Origin: Patescibacteria group bacterium
GTDB taxonomy: Bacteria; Patescibacteriota; Patescibacteriia; UBA9934
Direction: 5' to 3'
Assembly: GCA_041666145.1 (NCBI GenBank)
Contig: JBAYHK010000003.1
Location: 6,277 to 70,276 of the forward strand
Length of the DNA stretch: 64,000 bases
Below, in pieces: positions 37,178 through 47,288 of this stretch (within the stretch, counting starts at the first letter, position 1; every line of letters starts with the position of its first letter). A model generated the notes under the pieces. It was not told where the DNA came from. It made no database searches and worked only from the letters and a program-made list of their open reading frames with translations. The translations under genes and the position numbers were made by a program.

Positions 37178-37993
37178 ATGCAATCATTTGATATTTTTTC
37201 TGTAACGTTGCATGACATGGCAAAAGACGAGCTTTTTGCTCGTCTTTTCGGTCTTAGAGGTTTAGTGATTACTCCAAATCCGGAAATCCTCCTTGCTGCA
37301 CGTAACGACGATTCGTATCGAAATGTCTTAAGTCAGTCGATTCTTGCAATTCCAGATGGAATCGCGACTCAATTTGCAGTTGCGGCACTTTATGATCATA
37401 TCGGCTTGCAACGTTATCCAGGAGTTGATCTTATTCCAATGATCGCATCGATTGCGGAAGAAAAGCATGAAGCACTAATTTTTCTTGGTGGATATGCAAA
37501 AGATCATGCTGTGCTTATTGAAAAGTTTAGAATCACAAATCCCACACTTCGTGTTTCTTGCATCGATCCCGGAATGATTGGAGATGATGCAAGAATTGAT
37601 GAGAAAATTATCAATAACATACGTTTAATGGGGTCGTGCATCGTAGCTATTGCTCTTGGTCAAGGGAAGGGGAGGCTCCAGGGGAAACAAGAAAGAATTG
37701 GGTTGGAAATTTTACGAACCGCTCAAAATGTTCGTCTTGCTATTGGTGTTGGAGGAGCTGTGGATGTTATCACTGAGAGAGTATCTCGTGGTCCAGGAAC
37801 TCTTCGACAACTCGGATTTGAATGGGCATGGCGTGTATTTCGGGATCCTTGGCGGTTTAAACGAGTATTTCGCGCAGTAATTATCTTTCCAATCTTTATC
37901 GTGCAAGATACACTGCGACAGAAACGTTTTTTTCAGGCATGTTCTTCCGTGGCCATTGATCTTTATAGCCATTTCTTTAGAAAAACAGTATGA
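37178..37993 (+). CDS. WecB/TagA/CpsF (GT26) family glycosyltransferase
   Basis: The characteristic C-terminal motif is present (GFEWAWRVFRDPWRFKRVF). The preceding Rossmann-like core spans IALGQGKG...IGVGGAVD. Confidence 0.75.
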   Translation: MQSFDIFSVTLHDMAKDELFARLFGLRGLVITPNPEILLAARNDDSYRNVLSQSILAIPDGIATQFAVAALYDHIGLQRYPGVDLIPMIASIAEEKHEALIFLGGYAKDHAVLIEKFRITNPTLRVSCIDPGMIGDDARIDEKIINNIRLMGSCIVAIALGQGKGRLQGKQERIGLEILRTAQNVRLAIGVGGAVDVITERVSRGPGTLRQLGFEWAWRVFRDPWRFKRVFRAVIIFPIFIVQDTLRQKRFFQACSSVAIDLYSHFFRKTV

Positions 37994-39462
37994 ACGTTCG
38001 AACTCGTTTAGCTCCCTCACCGACAGGGAAAATGCATATTGGGACATTCCGAACCGCATTATTTGATTACTTTTTAGCACGACAAAATAATGGGCAATTT
38101 TTATTGCGAATTGAGGATACAGATCGAGAGCGACTAGTTCCTGGTGCTTTAGAAAATTTATTAGAAATGTTTAAAGCCTTTCATATTGATTATGACGAAG
38201 GGCCAGTTTTGCAGTCTAATGGATCGATAGTAGAAACGGGAGATTTTGGACCATATGTGCAGTCGGCACGGCTTGATATCTATAAGAGATATGCGGAAGA
38301 GCTTATCCAGAAAGGATGTGCTTATCCGTGTTTTTGTACAGTCGAACGATTGGATGAAATGCGTAAATCACAGTCTGCTATAAAACAAACAACAAAATAC
38401 GATCGAAAATGCTTGGCGCTTACGGCGGCGGAAGCTGAGGCAAAGATGAGGGAATATGAATCAAACGGCCAGACGTACGTTATTCGTTTGAAGGTTCCAG
38501 AGGGAAGAACAGAATTCATTGATGCAATCCGCGGCGAAATCATTTTTGATAATAATGAAGTCGATGACTGTATTTTGATGAAGTCTGACGGCTATCCTTC
38601 GTATTACTTGGCATGTACAGTCGACGATCATCTCATGAAGATTTCTCATGTTTTGCGAGGCGAGGAATGGATTTCTTCAACACCAAAGTCATTGATTTTG
38701 TTTGCAATGTTTGGTTGGGATGCTCCGATATTCGCACACGTTCCACTTCTTCTTGGACCAGATAAGAAAAAGCTTTCCAAGCGTACGGGAGACACCGCGG
38801 TTGAAGAATATTTTAAACATGGATATCTTCCAGAGGCATTAATTAATTTCATCGGAACACTGGGATTTAATCCATCGGCAGATCGGGAAATCTTTTCACT
38901 AGATGAGCTCGTAACCTTGTTTGATCTTAATAAGGTTAACAGCGCAGGAGCTGTATTGAATATGGAAAAGCTCGATTGGATGAATCGACATTATTTAATG
39001 CAGCTAACAGAAGACGAGCTCGCAAATCGAGCAGAAGGATTTGTTCATGCAGATCTTGGTGAAATTCGAGTACGAAGAGCGCTATTTGTTGAGCGATCGC
39101 GTGTTTCTCGTTTGACCGAATTTGATAATGCGATTGCTGCATATTTAACGTTGCCAGAATATGATCATGCAATTTTGATTTGGAAAAAGGCTGACGCCAT
39201 GGATGGAATGGCACAACTTTCTCGTATTCAATTGGTATTGGAAAATATTTCTCATGAGACTTTTGACAATGTCAGTCTCCTCGAGACAGCAATAAAAGAG
39301 TATATTGCAAGTAACAGTTTGCAGAACGGAAATGTACTTTGGCCATTGCGTGTTTCACTATCCGGCCTAGAAAAATCCGCAACTCCGTTTGAGCTTTTGT
39401 GGGCATTGGGAAAAGAAGAATCGTTACGCAGAATTAGTCTAGCAATCAATTATCTGAAATAA
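37990..39462 (+). CDS. gltX: glutamate--tRNA ligase
   Basis: It is a class I synthetase with HIGH as PSPTGKMHIGT and KMSKS as KLSKR. The GluRS anticodon-binding C-domain is present. Its start overlaps the upstream stop (ATGA). Confidence 0.9.
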   Translation: MNVRTRLAPSPTGKMHIGTFRTALFDYFLARQNNGQFLLRIEDTDRERLVPGALENLLEMFKAFHIDYDEGPVLQSNGSIVETGDFGPYVQSARLDIYKRYAEELIQKGCAYPCFCTVERLDEMRKSQSAIKQTTKYDRKCLALTAAEAEAKMREYESNGQTYVIRLKVPEGRTEFIDAIRGEIIFDNNEVDDCILMKSDGYPSYYLACTVDDHLMKISHVLRGEEWISSTPKSLILFAMFGWDAPIFAHVPLLLGPDKKKLSKRTGDTAVEEYFKHGYLPEALINFIGTLGFNPSADREIFSLDELVTLFDLNKVNSAGAVLNMEKLDWMNRHYLMQLTEDELANRAEGFVHADLGEIRVRRALFVERSRVSRLTEFDNAIAAYLTLPEYDHAILIWKKADAMDGMAQLSRIQLVLENISHETFDNVSLLETAIKEYIASNSLQNGNVLWPLRVSLSGLEKSATPFELLWALGKEESLRRISLAINYLK

Positions 39463-39472
39463 TCATCAACCT

Positions 39473-40687
39473 ATGGAGGGAAGGGGAGTGCGAAGGTTTT
39501 CCGCGATAATTCTAGGCGTAGTTGTATTTTTAGGATTGCATTCTTCTGTTTTCGCCTCGAACGAAGTTGAACAACTTCAGCAGACAATTACAGAAAAAAA
39601 GGCGGCAATTGGCGTGCTTGATGCGCAGCTGGAACAATATCGAATAAAAATTCGGGAGCTTTCTGGAAAAAGCATTTCTTTGCAAAATGATGTTGCATTA
39701 CTTGAAAATGAGATTGCGATGTCTGAACTTGACATCGCAGCAACTCAAAATTCGCTCGATCAAGAAACTCTTGAGCTTCGCATAATTGATGGACAGATTC
39801 GTGACATTGAACGTGAGTTAGCGGATCGACGTGCGATGCTGTCAGATATTTTGTTTGCAGTGAATAAATCAGATTCTCAAGGAATTTTAGATGTTGTTCT
39901 GAACATCGGTTCCATTAATGACGTATTTGATGCAGCGCAACAATTGACGAGCGTAAACAGCACCATGAAGACAGCACTAGAGGCCACGAAGCTTACAAGA
40001 CAAGACCTTGCAGATCGACAGATAAATCATGAAGAAAAGAAAATAAGTCTTTTGGAGTCGCAGACTGATCTTGAAAAGAAGTCTCAGACATTGTCAATGC
40101 AAAAAAACGCAAAAGAGATCTTAATGCAAGCAACTTCAGATTCAGAAAATCAGTATCGAACGCTCATGAGCGAGATTCGATCTGAGCAACAGGCTATCGC
40201 GAACGAAGTTGTTTCTTTGCAAGACAGTATTCAGAGCAAACTTCAGGGTATTGATGGTGGTATTGAAGGACTAGAAACAACGATTTCATGGCCCATCCAT
40301 GGAACGATAACGGCATTATTTCACGACCCTACGTATCCCTTCCGTCACTTATTTGAACATTCAGGTCTTGATATTGCTGTTCCACAAGGAACCGCCATAG
40401 AATCTGCCGCGCCAGGATTTGTCGCTAGAGTTTATAAAGGACAAGATTACGGATATTACGTTTTAATAATCCATGCGAATGGACTGGCGACTTTGTATGC
40501 GCATATGTCACGGATTGACGTTGAGCTAGACCAATACGTAGGGCGTGGCCAAGTCATTGGATTATCTGGCGGAAAACCAGGTACTGTTGGAGCTGGATTT
40601 TCAACCGGGCCTCATACGCACTTCGAAGTCCGGCTAAATGGCATTCCGGTAAATCCGCTTGCTTATCTTGATATCAATCAGCTTTAG
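39473..40687 (+). CDS. M23-family metallopeptidase with an N-terminal coiled-coil (EnvC/LytM-like)
   Basis: It has a signal/TM anchor and about 230 aa of heptad-rich coiled coil. The M23 catalytic motifs follow (HSGLDIAVPQGT ... YAHMSRI ... GPHTHFEV). Confidence 0.8.
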   Translation: MEGRGVRRFSAIILGVVVFLGLHSSVFASNEVEQLQQTITEKKAAIGVLDAQLEQYRIKIRELSGKSISLQNDVALLENEIAMSELDIAATQNSLDQETLELRIIDGQIRDIERELADRRAMLSDILFAVNKSDSQGILDVVLNIGSINDVFDAAQQLTSVNSTMKTALEATKLTRQDLADRQINHEEKKISLLESQTDLEKKSQTLSMQKNAKEILMQATSDSENQYRTLMSEIRSEQQAIANEVVSLQDSIQSKLQGIDGGIEGLETTISWPIHGTITALFHDPTYPFRHLFEHSGLDIAVPQGTAIESAAPGFVARVYKGQDYGYYVLIIHANGLATLYAHMSRIDVELDQYVGRGQVIGLSGGKPGTVGAGFSTGPHTHFEVRLNGIPVNPLAYLDINQL

Positions 40688-40718
40688 TTAGATACTCAAA
40701 TCCTTGTATTGCATCAGA

Positions 40719-40752
40719 TTAAAATAGAGCCACTGAGGTAGCTCTATTTTAA
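40719..40752 (+). terminator. rho-independent terminator after the M23 peptidase
   Basis: AAAATAGAGC-CACTGAGGTA-GCTCTATTTTAAT: a 10-bp stem with AT-rich flanks. Confidence 0.6.
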
Positions 40753-41244
40753 TACAGCGCGTTTAAATGCGTCACACGAAACGTATCTTGAATAAATAAG
40801 AGCAAAGCGCATTCGACTCTATTTGATGAAAGAATTTGCTATCGAATTTTATTCTTAATTGGAGAGGTTGCTTAAATTAGAAATAAAGACAATCGAGAAT
40901 AGAGGCATGCAGAGTAAAAGATTTGGATGGTTTTTGCGGCTTCATAAAACTTCGTTCAAGATGTTTTATCTATAGGTATACATCACTAGCTTCGTAAATG
41001 ATATATTGTACGACACATTGCATCGAACTCGGAAAACAGGAAAAGAAGAGAGAAATTAATTTCTTTTATTCCCCTCTCCTCTTTATAGTCCGAAATACTT
41101 CTGAGCTAAAAACTTCGTTTCATTTTTTACTCATCATGTATTTGAAAAATTACCGAGAACCTTCCGTTCTCTAGTCCAAATCTCTAGTATCCATAATCAC
41201 CTGCTTTATAAAAGAACACGCCCCATCCCCTATCGAATCGAACA

Positions 41245-42126
41245 TTATTTTTTATATACGTAAGCTCCAAATCTAAGATCTATGTATTCTTTTGGTGATA
41301 CAAAATTATTCGCAGTAATAACCGCTCGTAACGCCCTCAACTGTTCGTCTACGTCTTCCGAGAGACTGAAATAAAGGTCGTATGGCAATGTAGTATCTAC
41401 GCGAACATAGGGAGACTGTGTTCCATTAATCTCGTACGCAACCGCATGTATTCCGTTTGTTGGAAGCTTCATTGAAATGGTAAGAATTGTTTTTGCGGAA
41501 TTTTCCGGAAGCTCTGTAATGGATTCGTTTTCAGTATTTATAACAATTGGCATGTCTCCCTGTAATATCAGCAGCGTCTCTTCTGGATTCTGTGCCGCGA
41601 CACCAATGCGAACATCGATCGCGCGTGATTCTTCCAGGGTCGCGTCTCTCACGAAGAAACCCCGAGTATCAAGCATGGCAGTTTTTTCTTTTGTCCTTAA
41701 TGCTATGGTAGTGATTTTTTCTTGAATATCGACTGAAAACGATTGACCAGATCTAACAACTTTGGCAGATTCGACAGCAAATAACTGAACAATAAGGCTC
41801 TCTATATTCGAAGTGCTTGTAGAATAGATATTTGCACTACTGCACATCGGAAACGCCGCATCTGCAAGAGCCTGCCGCACCGTCTTATCGACAGATTCTA
41901 CGTTAATGGTTGATACACCCTGGACAGTCACTGACTCAATCTGAAACCAAGGAATATACGTCGCCCCAATACAAATCGCCATTGCAGAAAAAAATAAAAG
42001 AACCACACTAATGATAATCATCCAGCGCGGCTTACATACCTTAAGAAAAAGTGGATTTTTTAACGTTCCATCGTCATGATCTTTCGCATGCCTAAGACGA
42101 AGAAAGTCCCGTTGTTTCTTTAACAT
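41245..42126 (-). CDS. ftsQ: cell division protein FtsQ/DivIB
   Basis: It has an N-terminal TM helix and a POTRA domain (FQIESVTVQG). The C-terminal beta-domain ends in the FtsQ-typical YIDLRFG ... VYK. Confidence 0.7.
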   Translation of the reverse strand: MLKKQRDFLRLRHAKDHDDGTLKNPLFLKVCKPRWMIIISVVLLFFSAMAICIGATYIPWFQIESVTVQGVSTINVESVDKTVRQALADAAFPMCSSANIYSTSTSNIESLIVQLFAVESAKVVRSGQSFSVDIQEKITTIALRTKEKTAMLDTRGFFVRDATLEESRAIDVRIGVAAQNPEETLLILQGDMPIVINTENESITELPENSAKTILTISMKLPTNGIHAVAYEINGTQSPYVRVDTTLPYDLYFSLSEDVDEQLRALRAVITANNFVSPKEYIDLRFGAYVYKK

Positions 42127-43262
42127 ATCACTCTAGGAAGCAATGAGCTGATTCGTGTTACAACTTCGTAATGTATTGTACCAATCGTTGCAGCCATGTC
42201 GTCAGCTGTTGTTGCATGCATTCCGTCCCTTCCAATTAAAAGCACTTCGTCATTCACGGCAACGGCGGGGACTGTAGACACATCAACCATGCATATATTC
42301 ATGCAAACATTTCCAAGAATTGGGCATCGTCTACCGTGTATCAGCACCTCTCCCCTATTCGAAAGTGATCGGTCTAGACCGTCGGCATATCCAACCGGAA
42401 GAATCGCAAGACGAATTGGTCGATTCGTAATATGTGTTCCTCCATAGCCAATTGCACTACCGGAAGGAACGTCTTTAATTTGTGCTATTCGTGTTTTCCA
42501 CTGAAGCACAGGAATGAGCTCAATATTCTGTCTTCCAAGTACAACGTGACGCTTGTGACTTTTGCTTGCCCATAACCCATACATAACAATCCCATATCTC
42601 GCCATCGTCCCTTGCGCCAGTGAGTTTGTCATTGTTGCAGCAGAACATGCTATATGTTTGTACTTTGGATCAAAGCCCGCTGCTTTGATTGTTTCTATTG
42701 CACGAGTGAAGTTTTGAAGCTGATACGCATTCATTGCATCTTCTGGCTCTTCTGAACTTGCAAAATGCGATGCAACACTTACAAGAGCGATTCGGCCTCC
42801 AGCCATCATGACCGCATCAAGCAAATTAAGAAGGCCACGCGGACCAATACCTTGTCTGTAGAGACCTGTTTCGACTTTTATCGACACCATGACTGGATTC
42901 TCCAAAGTCCCATATTTACTCAATTCGATAATGGAGACTTCGTCGTAAACTGTTTGAATTGCATGAATTCGCGCTACGTCAACCAGTCGTTCCATTACGG
43001 TGTAACCAAGTATAAAAATCGCCGCACACGGCGCCTGATCGCGAAGAACAATAGCTTCATCAATCGAGTCAACTGCAAAATGAGTTACTCCACAATCAAG
43101 AAGAATAGAGGTCATCTCTTTCTGACCATGGCCATAGGCGTTTGCCTTTACTGTCGCACAAAATTCAACACCAGGGTTAAGAAATAACCGAAGTGCGGCG
43201 ATGTTCTGTTCCACCGCCGCACGGGAAATTTCTACCCAAGTTTTTGAACCTTTGAGCGTCAT
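42120..43262 (-). CDS. alr: alanine racemase
   Basis: The PLP-lysine motif is present (CATVKANAYGHG), together with the C-terminal beta-domain. The ORF-track start at 43274 is a TTG. The ATG at 43262 gives MTLKGSKTWVEIS. Confidence 0.85.
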   Translation of the reverse strand: MTLKGSKTWVEISRAAVEQNIAALRLFLNPGVEFCATVKANAYGHGQKEMTSILLDCGVTHFAVDSIDEAIVLRDQAPCAAIFILGYTVMERLVDVARIHAIQTVYDEVSIIELSKYGTLENPVMVSIKVETGLYRQGIGPRGLLNLLDAVMMAGGRIALVSVASHFASSEEPEDAMNAYQLQNFTRAIETIKAAGFDPKYKHIACSAATMTNSLAQGTMARYGIVMYGLWASKSHKRHVVLGRQNIELIPVLQWKTRIAQIKDVPSGSAIGYGGTHITNRPIRLAILPVGYADGLDRSLSNRGEVLIHGRRCPILGNVCMNICMVDVSTVPAVAVNDEVLLIGRDGMHATTADDMAATIGTIHYEVVTRISSLLPRVIC

Positions 43263-43263
43263 G

Positions 43264-44544
43264 TTACCTGGCAATAATTCGATCTTTTCCGTTCATGAAT
43301 GGACAAAGGACCTCTGGAATAGTCACGCTTCCGTCTTCGTTCTGATAATTCTCAAGCACTGCAACAAGTGTACGGCCAGCAAAAGCGGTTGCATCATTCG
43401 TGTGAACGAGTTCATTCTTCCCACTTTCACGCTTCACTTTAGTATCCAGACGACGCGCTTGATAATCCGTCATATAGTCTGCAGAGTGCGTTTCACGATA
43501 CTTATCTTGGCCCGGCATCCATGTCTCAATATCAATGTGCCGCGCGTCTGGATCTCCTTGATCACCCGTACAACAAAACACCACCTGATATGCAAGACCG
43601 AGCTGTGCGGTAATGTATTCCTGAATTGCGACCAAAAAGTTCTGCTCCGCTAAACCGTCCTCGGCAACTGTAAATGATTCCATTTCCATTTTATCGAATT
43701 GGTGCAGACGAATGATCCCCTTCATATCCTTTCCATAACTTCCAGCCTCACGACGAAATGCAGAGGTAAAAGCGCAATAGCGCATCGGCAAGTCTGCTTC
43801 TTTTACGATCTCATTCATGTGCAATGGTCCTAATGTATGTTCAGCGCTTCCGATGAGATATAGATCATCTGAAACAATGTGATATCGCTCATCGCGTGGC
43901 TCAATTCTTGCCATTTTCTGAAATACATCAGGACGAATGAATAGCGGTGGTGCAACAGGAACAAAAGCCTTTGCCGACACAGTGAGATTCGCATGCGCAA
44001 TAATGCTAGAGAGCGTTGCCTCATTCGTAAGAATTGAGAGCGCAAATTGGTACATAGCGTTCTGCAGTAGCACAAGATCGCCCATGAGATACGCAAACCG
44101 TGTACCCGCAACATCGGTGCCGCGTCTTGTGTCAATAATGCCAAGCGCTTCACCAATTTCTGAATGTTCTTTTGGGGTAAATGAGAACGATGGCTTTATA
44201 CCAACCTGGCGTAAAACCACATTCTCATCTTCGCTTTTCCCTACCGGGGTATCACTAGTTGGAAGATTTGGAACTTTCAACAAGAGCGGATCGAGTTCTG
44301 CTCGGATCATTGCGAGCTCATTTTCCAAGATCGCGCCTTCGGCCTTGAGCTTTTTTCCAGCCTCAATATCTTTTGCTTTTGCCGCTTCATTCCGTTGACG
44401 ATTCATCTCGTCAAGCTCTGTCGTCAGCAAGCGTTCGCGCTGATCAAGTTCGAAAATCGCGTCTATATCAAGAACGACATTTTTTTGTTCGCATGCACGT
44501 TTCACGAGGTCACCATGTTCACGAAGAATTTTTATGTCAATCAT
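43264..44544 (-). CDS. serS: serine--tRNA ligase
   Basis: MIDIKILREHGDL starts an N-terminal coiled-coil arm. The class II motifs follow (FRREAGS ... GLAYQVV). Confidence 0.9.
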   Translation of the reverse strand: MIDIKILREHGDLVKRACEQKNVVLDIDAIFELDQRERLLTTELDEMNRQRNEAAKAKDIEAGKKLKAEGAILENELAMIRAELDPLLLKVPNLPTSDTPVGKSEDENVVLRQVGIKPSFSFTPKEHSEIGEALGIIDTRRGTDVAGTRFAYLMGDLVLLQNAMYQFALSILTNEATLSSIIAHANLTVSAKAFVPVAPPLFIRPDVFQKMARIEPRDERYHIVSDDLYLIGSAEHTLGPLHMNEIVKEADLPMRYCAFTSAFRREAGSYGKDMKGIIRLHQFDKMEMESFTVAEDGLAEQNFLVAIQEYITAQLGLAYQVVFCCTGDQGDPDARHIDIETWMPGQDKYRETHSADYMTDYQARRLDTKVKRESGKNELVHTNDATAFAGRTLVAVLENYQNEDGSVTIPEVLCPFMNGKDRIIAR

Positions 44545-44963
44545 AGAGAGTTCAACAAGGAAGATTTATAACGTTCTGGATAGTAAGCATTAAGTGTGAT
44601 GATTTCGGGAGAATGTGTTTGATGATGAAAAAATTCTTCCAAATCTTTTTGAAGAACAGTTTGGTCGTATCCAACAAAGACAACTTCTGGATTGATTTGA
44701 GCAATAACTTTGTACGCGCCGATCTCTTCGTCTCCGGAAATAATCTCGTCGACAAGTCGAGATTCAGCAAGGGCCGAAGAACGATCCTTCCATGTGTATT
44801 TTGGGGCCTTTCCCTTTAGGGATAGAACCGCTTCATCACTCGGCAATGCAACAACGACTTGATCGACAATGTCTCGAGCCTGTTTGAACATTGCTCGATG
44901 TCCCTCATGCAGGCCATCAAACGTCCCAAATACTAATCCTGTTTTCATATTATCGCGACTCAT
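44541..44963 (-). CDS. small HxGH-motif nucleotidyltransferase (cytidylyl/adenylyl-transferase fold; FAD-synthetase-N-domain or PPAT-like)
   Basis: It is 140 aa. The motif GTFDGLHEGH is the (T/H)xGH nucleotidyltransferase signature found in the RibF N-domain, TagD and CoaD. It lacks a riboflavin-kinase domain. Confidence 0.5.
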   Translation of the reverse strand: MSRDNMKTGLVFGTFDGLHEGHRAMFKQARDIVDQVVVALPSDEAVLSLKGKAPKYTWKDRSSALAESRLVDEIISGDEEIGAYKVIAQINPEVVFVGYDQTVLQKDLEEFFHHQTHSPEIITLNAYYPERYKSSLLNSL

Positions 44964-46452
44964 CTGTTGCGCCGCCTTGTTCGACTTTTGGCTTTAATGT
45001 TGGAAACGCGATAACTTCTTTCAAGTTTGGCGCTCCAGTTATGAATGCAACCAAACGATCGATCCCTATTCCAACGCCACTCGTTGGTGGCATGCCGTGT
45101 TCAAGAGCAGAAAGAAACTCTTCATCAAGAAATTGCGCTTCCTGACTTCCCCGCTCTCGCAGCCCTTCCTGTTCCTCAAATCGTTCACGCTGTTCAAGCG
45201 GATTATTAAGCTCGTGGTAATACAAGTTCACAATTTCTGCACCAAGCATTACTAATTGAGCACAAGAGCTCTTTGATGGGTCTTGCGGATTTTGTCGAGC
45301 GAGCGGCTTAAGATCTGCTGGATAATCAAAGACCCATGTTGGGGCGACAATTGCCGAACGTCCTGTTTTCTTATAAAGCGCGTCGAGATAGTCGCCAAAA
45401 CTGAAACATCCCTTAAAGTCAATAACAAGATTCGCCAATTTTGTTGCACGAATAACATCGTCGGCAAACTTCAAAGTATCAATATCAATCCCGCATGATT
45501 CAAGAATTGTCTCCCGGAAAGTTTTTCGTGCAAATGGCTGAGCAAAGTCGACAACGATATTTTCGATGGTAATAGTTGTTGTTCCAAGACCTCCGCGAAT
45601 CGCCTCTCGTAACATTGACTCATTGAATGTGATGAATTCTTCCTTCTTTGCATATGCTTGATAAAGTTCAAGCATGGTGAATTCTGGATTATGGGCGTAG
45701 TCGATTCCTTCATTCCTGAAACAACGACCAATTTCATAAATCTTTTCCATTCCACCAACCACAAGACGCTTTAAATAAAGCTCAGGTGCAATGCGAAGAT
45801 AAAAGTCCGCATCAAGTGCATTGTGATGTGTAGAAAATGGGCGTGCGCTTGCACCACCGGGAATAGATTGAAGAATAGGCGTCTCTACTTCTAAAAATCC
45901 CGCTTCATCAAGAAAACGACGAAGAGCTCCAATGAGCTTTGAGCGAACAATGAGACGGTTCCGTGACTCGGCATTTGTAATGAGATCAAGCTCGCGCTGG
46001 CGATAGCGAATCTCAACATCTTGAAGACCATTCCACTTTTCAGGCAAAGGTTTCAATGCCTTAGCAAGAATGCGAATTGAATGAGCAAGAACGGATTTTT
46101 CTCCAGTCTTTGTGACATATGCCGTTCCAACTCCTTCGACAATGTCACCAACATCCAATGAGTTGATAACGGTTTCATAGATGTCTCCGAGATCCTCTTT
46201 CCGAACAACAGCTTGCATCGCACCAGAATCATCTACAATTCGAAAAAACGTTAAAGCGCCAATATTCCTCATTGCAAGAACTCGGCCCGCAATAATCTCT
46301 TCGTCTTGCTCGGACAAATGTTCATCGAATCCAGTTAGAAATTTCGCAATCATGACTGTTCTATTGCTTCCTGCTGGATACGCATCAGTACCCTGCGCGG
46401 ACAGATGTGCAAGTCGATCCCGTCGAACCTGTTCTTCTGCCGTTATATTCAT
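44950..46452 (-). CDS. lysS: lysine--tRNA ligase (class II)
   Basis: It has an OB-fold N-domain and class II motifs 1-3 (FLEVETPIL ... YEIGRCFRNEG ... GVGIGIDRL). Confidence 0.9.
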   Translation of the reverse strand: MNITAEEQVRRDRLAHLSAQGTDAYPAGSNRTVMIAKFLTGFDEHLSEQDEEIIAGRVLAMRNIGALTFFRIVDDSGAMQAVVRKEDLGDIYETVINSLDVGDIVEGVGTAYVTKTGEKSVLAHSIRILAKALKPLPEKWNGLQDVEIRYRQRELDLITNAESRNRLIVRSKLIGALRRFLDEAGFLEVETPILQSIPGGASARPFSTHHNALDADFYLRIAPELYLKRLVVGGMEKIYEIGRCFRNEGIDYAHNPEFTMLELYQAYAKKEEFITFNESMLREAIRGGLGTTTITIENIVVDFAQPFARKTFRETILESCGIDIDTLKFADDVIRATKLANLVIDFKGCFSFGDYLDALYKKTGRSAIVAPTWVFDYPADLKPLARQNPQDPSKSSCAQLVMLGAEIVNLYYHELNNPLEQRERFEEQEGLRERGSQEAQFLDEEFLSALEHGMPPTSGVGIGIDRLVAFITGAPNLKEVIAFPTLKPKVEQGGATDESR

Positions 46453-46461
46453 ACGTTGATA

Positions 46462-46923
46462 TTATTTCACTTCAATAATTCTATATGAGATCACTCCAGA
46501 AGGCACAGTAACGTCGACCGATTCCCCTTCTTTCGCACCCAGAAATGCATTTCCTAAAGGAGAATTGTTGCTTATCTTCCCTTCCATAGGGCTGGCCTCG
46601 TTCTCTCCAACTATCTCAAATGTCTTTTTTATATTATTTATTTCAGCAATAAATGTTGAACCAAGACCAATCTTTCCTCCGCGTCTCTCTTCAACAACAA
46701 CAGCATTAGCAATCATCTCTTGAAGATTCGCAATTCGTGTTTCATTTTGCGCCTGCTGTTCTTTGGCCTCATGGTACGCAAAATTCTCAGAAAGGTCTCC
46801 CATTTCTTTTGCATCATGAATTTTTTGTGCAATTTCTGAACGCTGAATTTTCACGCGATTTTCCAGCTCTTCCTTCATGTTCTGTAAGCCAATCGCGGAG
46901 GTATATGTTACAAAATTTTCCAT
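46462..46923 (-). CDS. greA: transcription elongation factor GreA
   Basis: It has a coiled-coil N-domain, with acidic tip residues in DLSENFAYHEAK. An FKBP-like C-domain follows. The ATG at 46923 (MENFVTY) is preferred over the ORF-track N-extension. Confidence 0.85.
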   Translation of the reverse strand: MENFVTYTSAIGLQNMKEELENRVKIQRSEIAQKIHDAKEMGDLSENFAYHEAKEQQAQNETRIANLQEMIANAVVVEERRGGKIGLGSTFIAEINNIKKTFEIVGENEASPMEGKISNNSPLGNAFLGAKEGESVDVTVPSGVISYRIIEVK

Positions 46924-47011
46924 ATATTTCTCACTATAACATCTTCGAAAAAACAATCCCGCCGAAGCTCGGCGGTTTGTAAAATGAGTATCCCATGGCC
47001 GGAAATGGGGG

Positions 47012-47278
47012 TCAAGCCAAAGGTATATTGCCAGTTCCTCCTATTCCAAAGAGTATTTTTAATGCCTTTTTAGACTTATTCTTGGCCTTAAATCCATCTA
47101 AGGTCGATAAGACGAAAACTCGATGCCCAATCCAGAACCGTAAATAAATTTCCGTAATATGTTCTGGAAGAATAAAACGAGAGACACGAAATTCACCACC
47201 GATTCCTCCGACTTCCTCAAATTCAGTCGAGCATATTGACTCATTTCCAATTCCGATTTCTGCAAATACTTTTTTCAT
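47012..47278 (-). CDS. hypothetical 88-aa protein with three G-I-G motifs
   Basis: It lies 10 nt after the mrdA stop on the same strand, in the slot where rodA usually sits. It carries EIGIGNES, VGGIGGEF and FGIGGTGN. I have no family assignment and it could be spurious. Confidence 0.3.
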   Translation of the reverse strand: MKKVFAEIGIGNESICSTEFEEVGGIGGEFRVSRFILPEHITEIYLRFWIGHRVFVLSTLDGFKAKNKSKKALKILFGIGGTGNIPLA

Positions 47279-47288
47279 GTTCTTTTCT

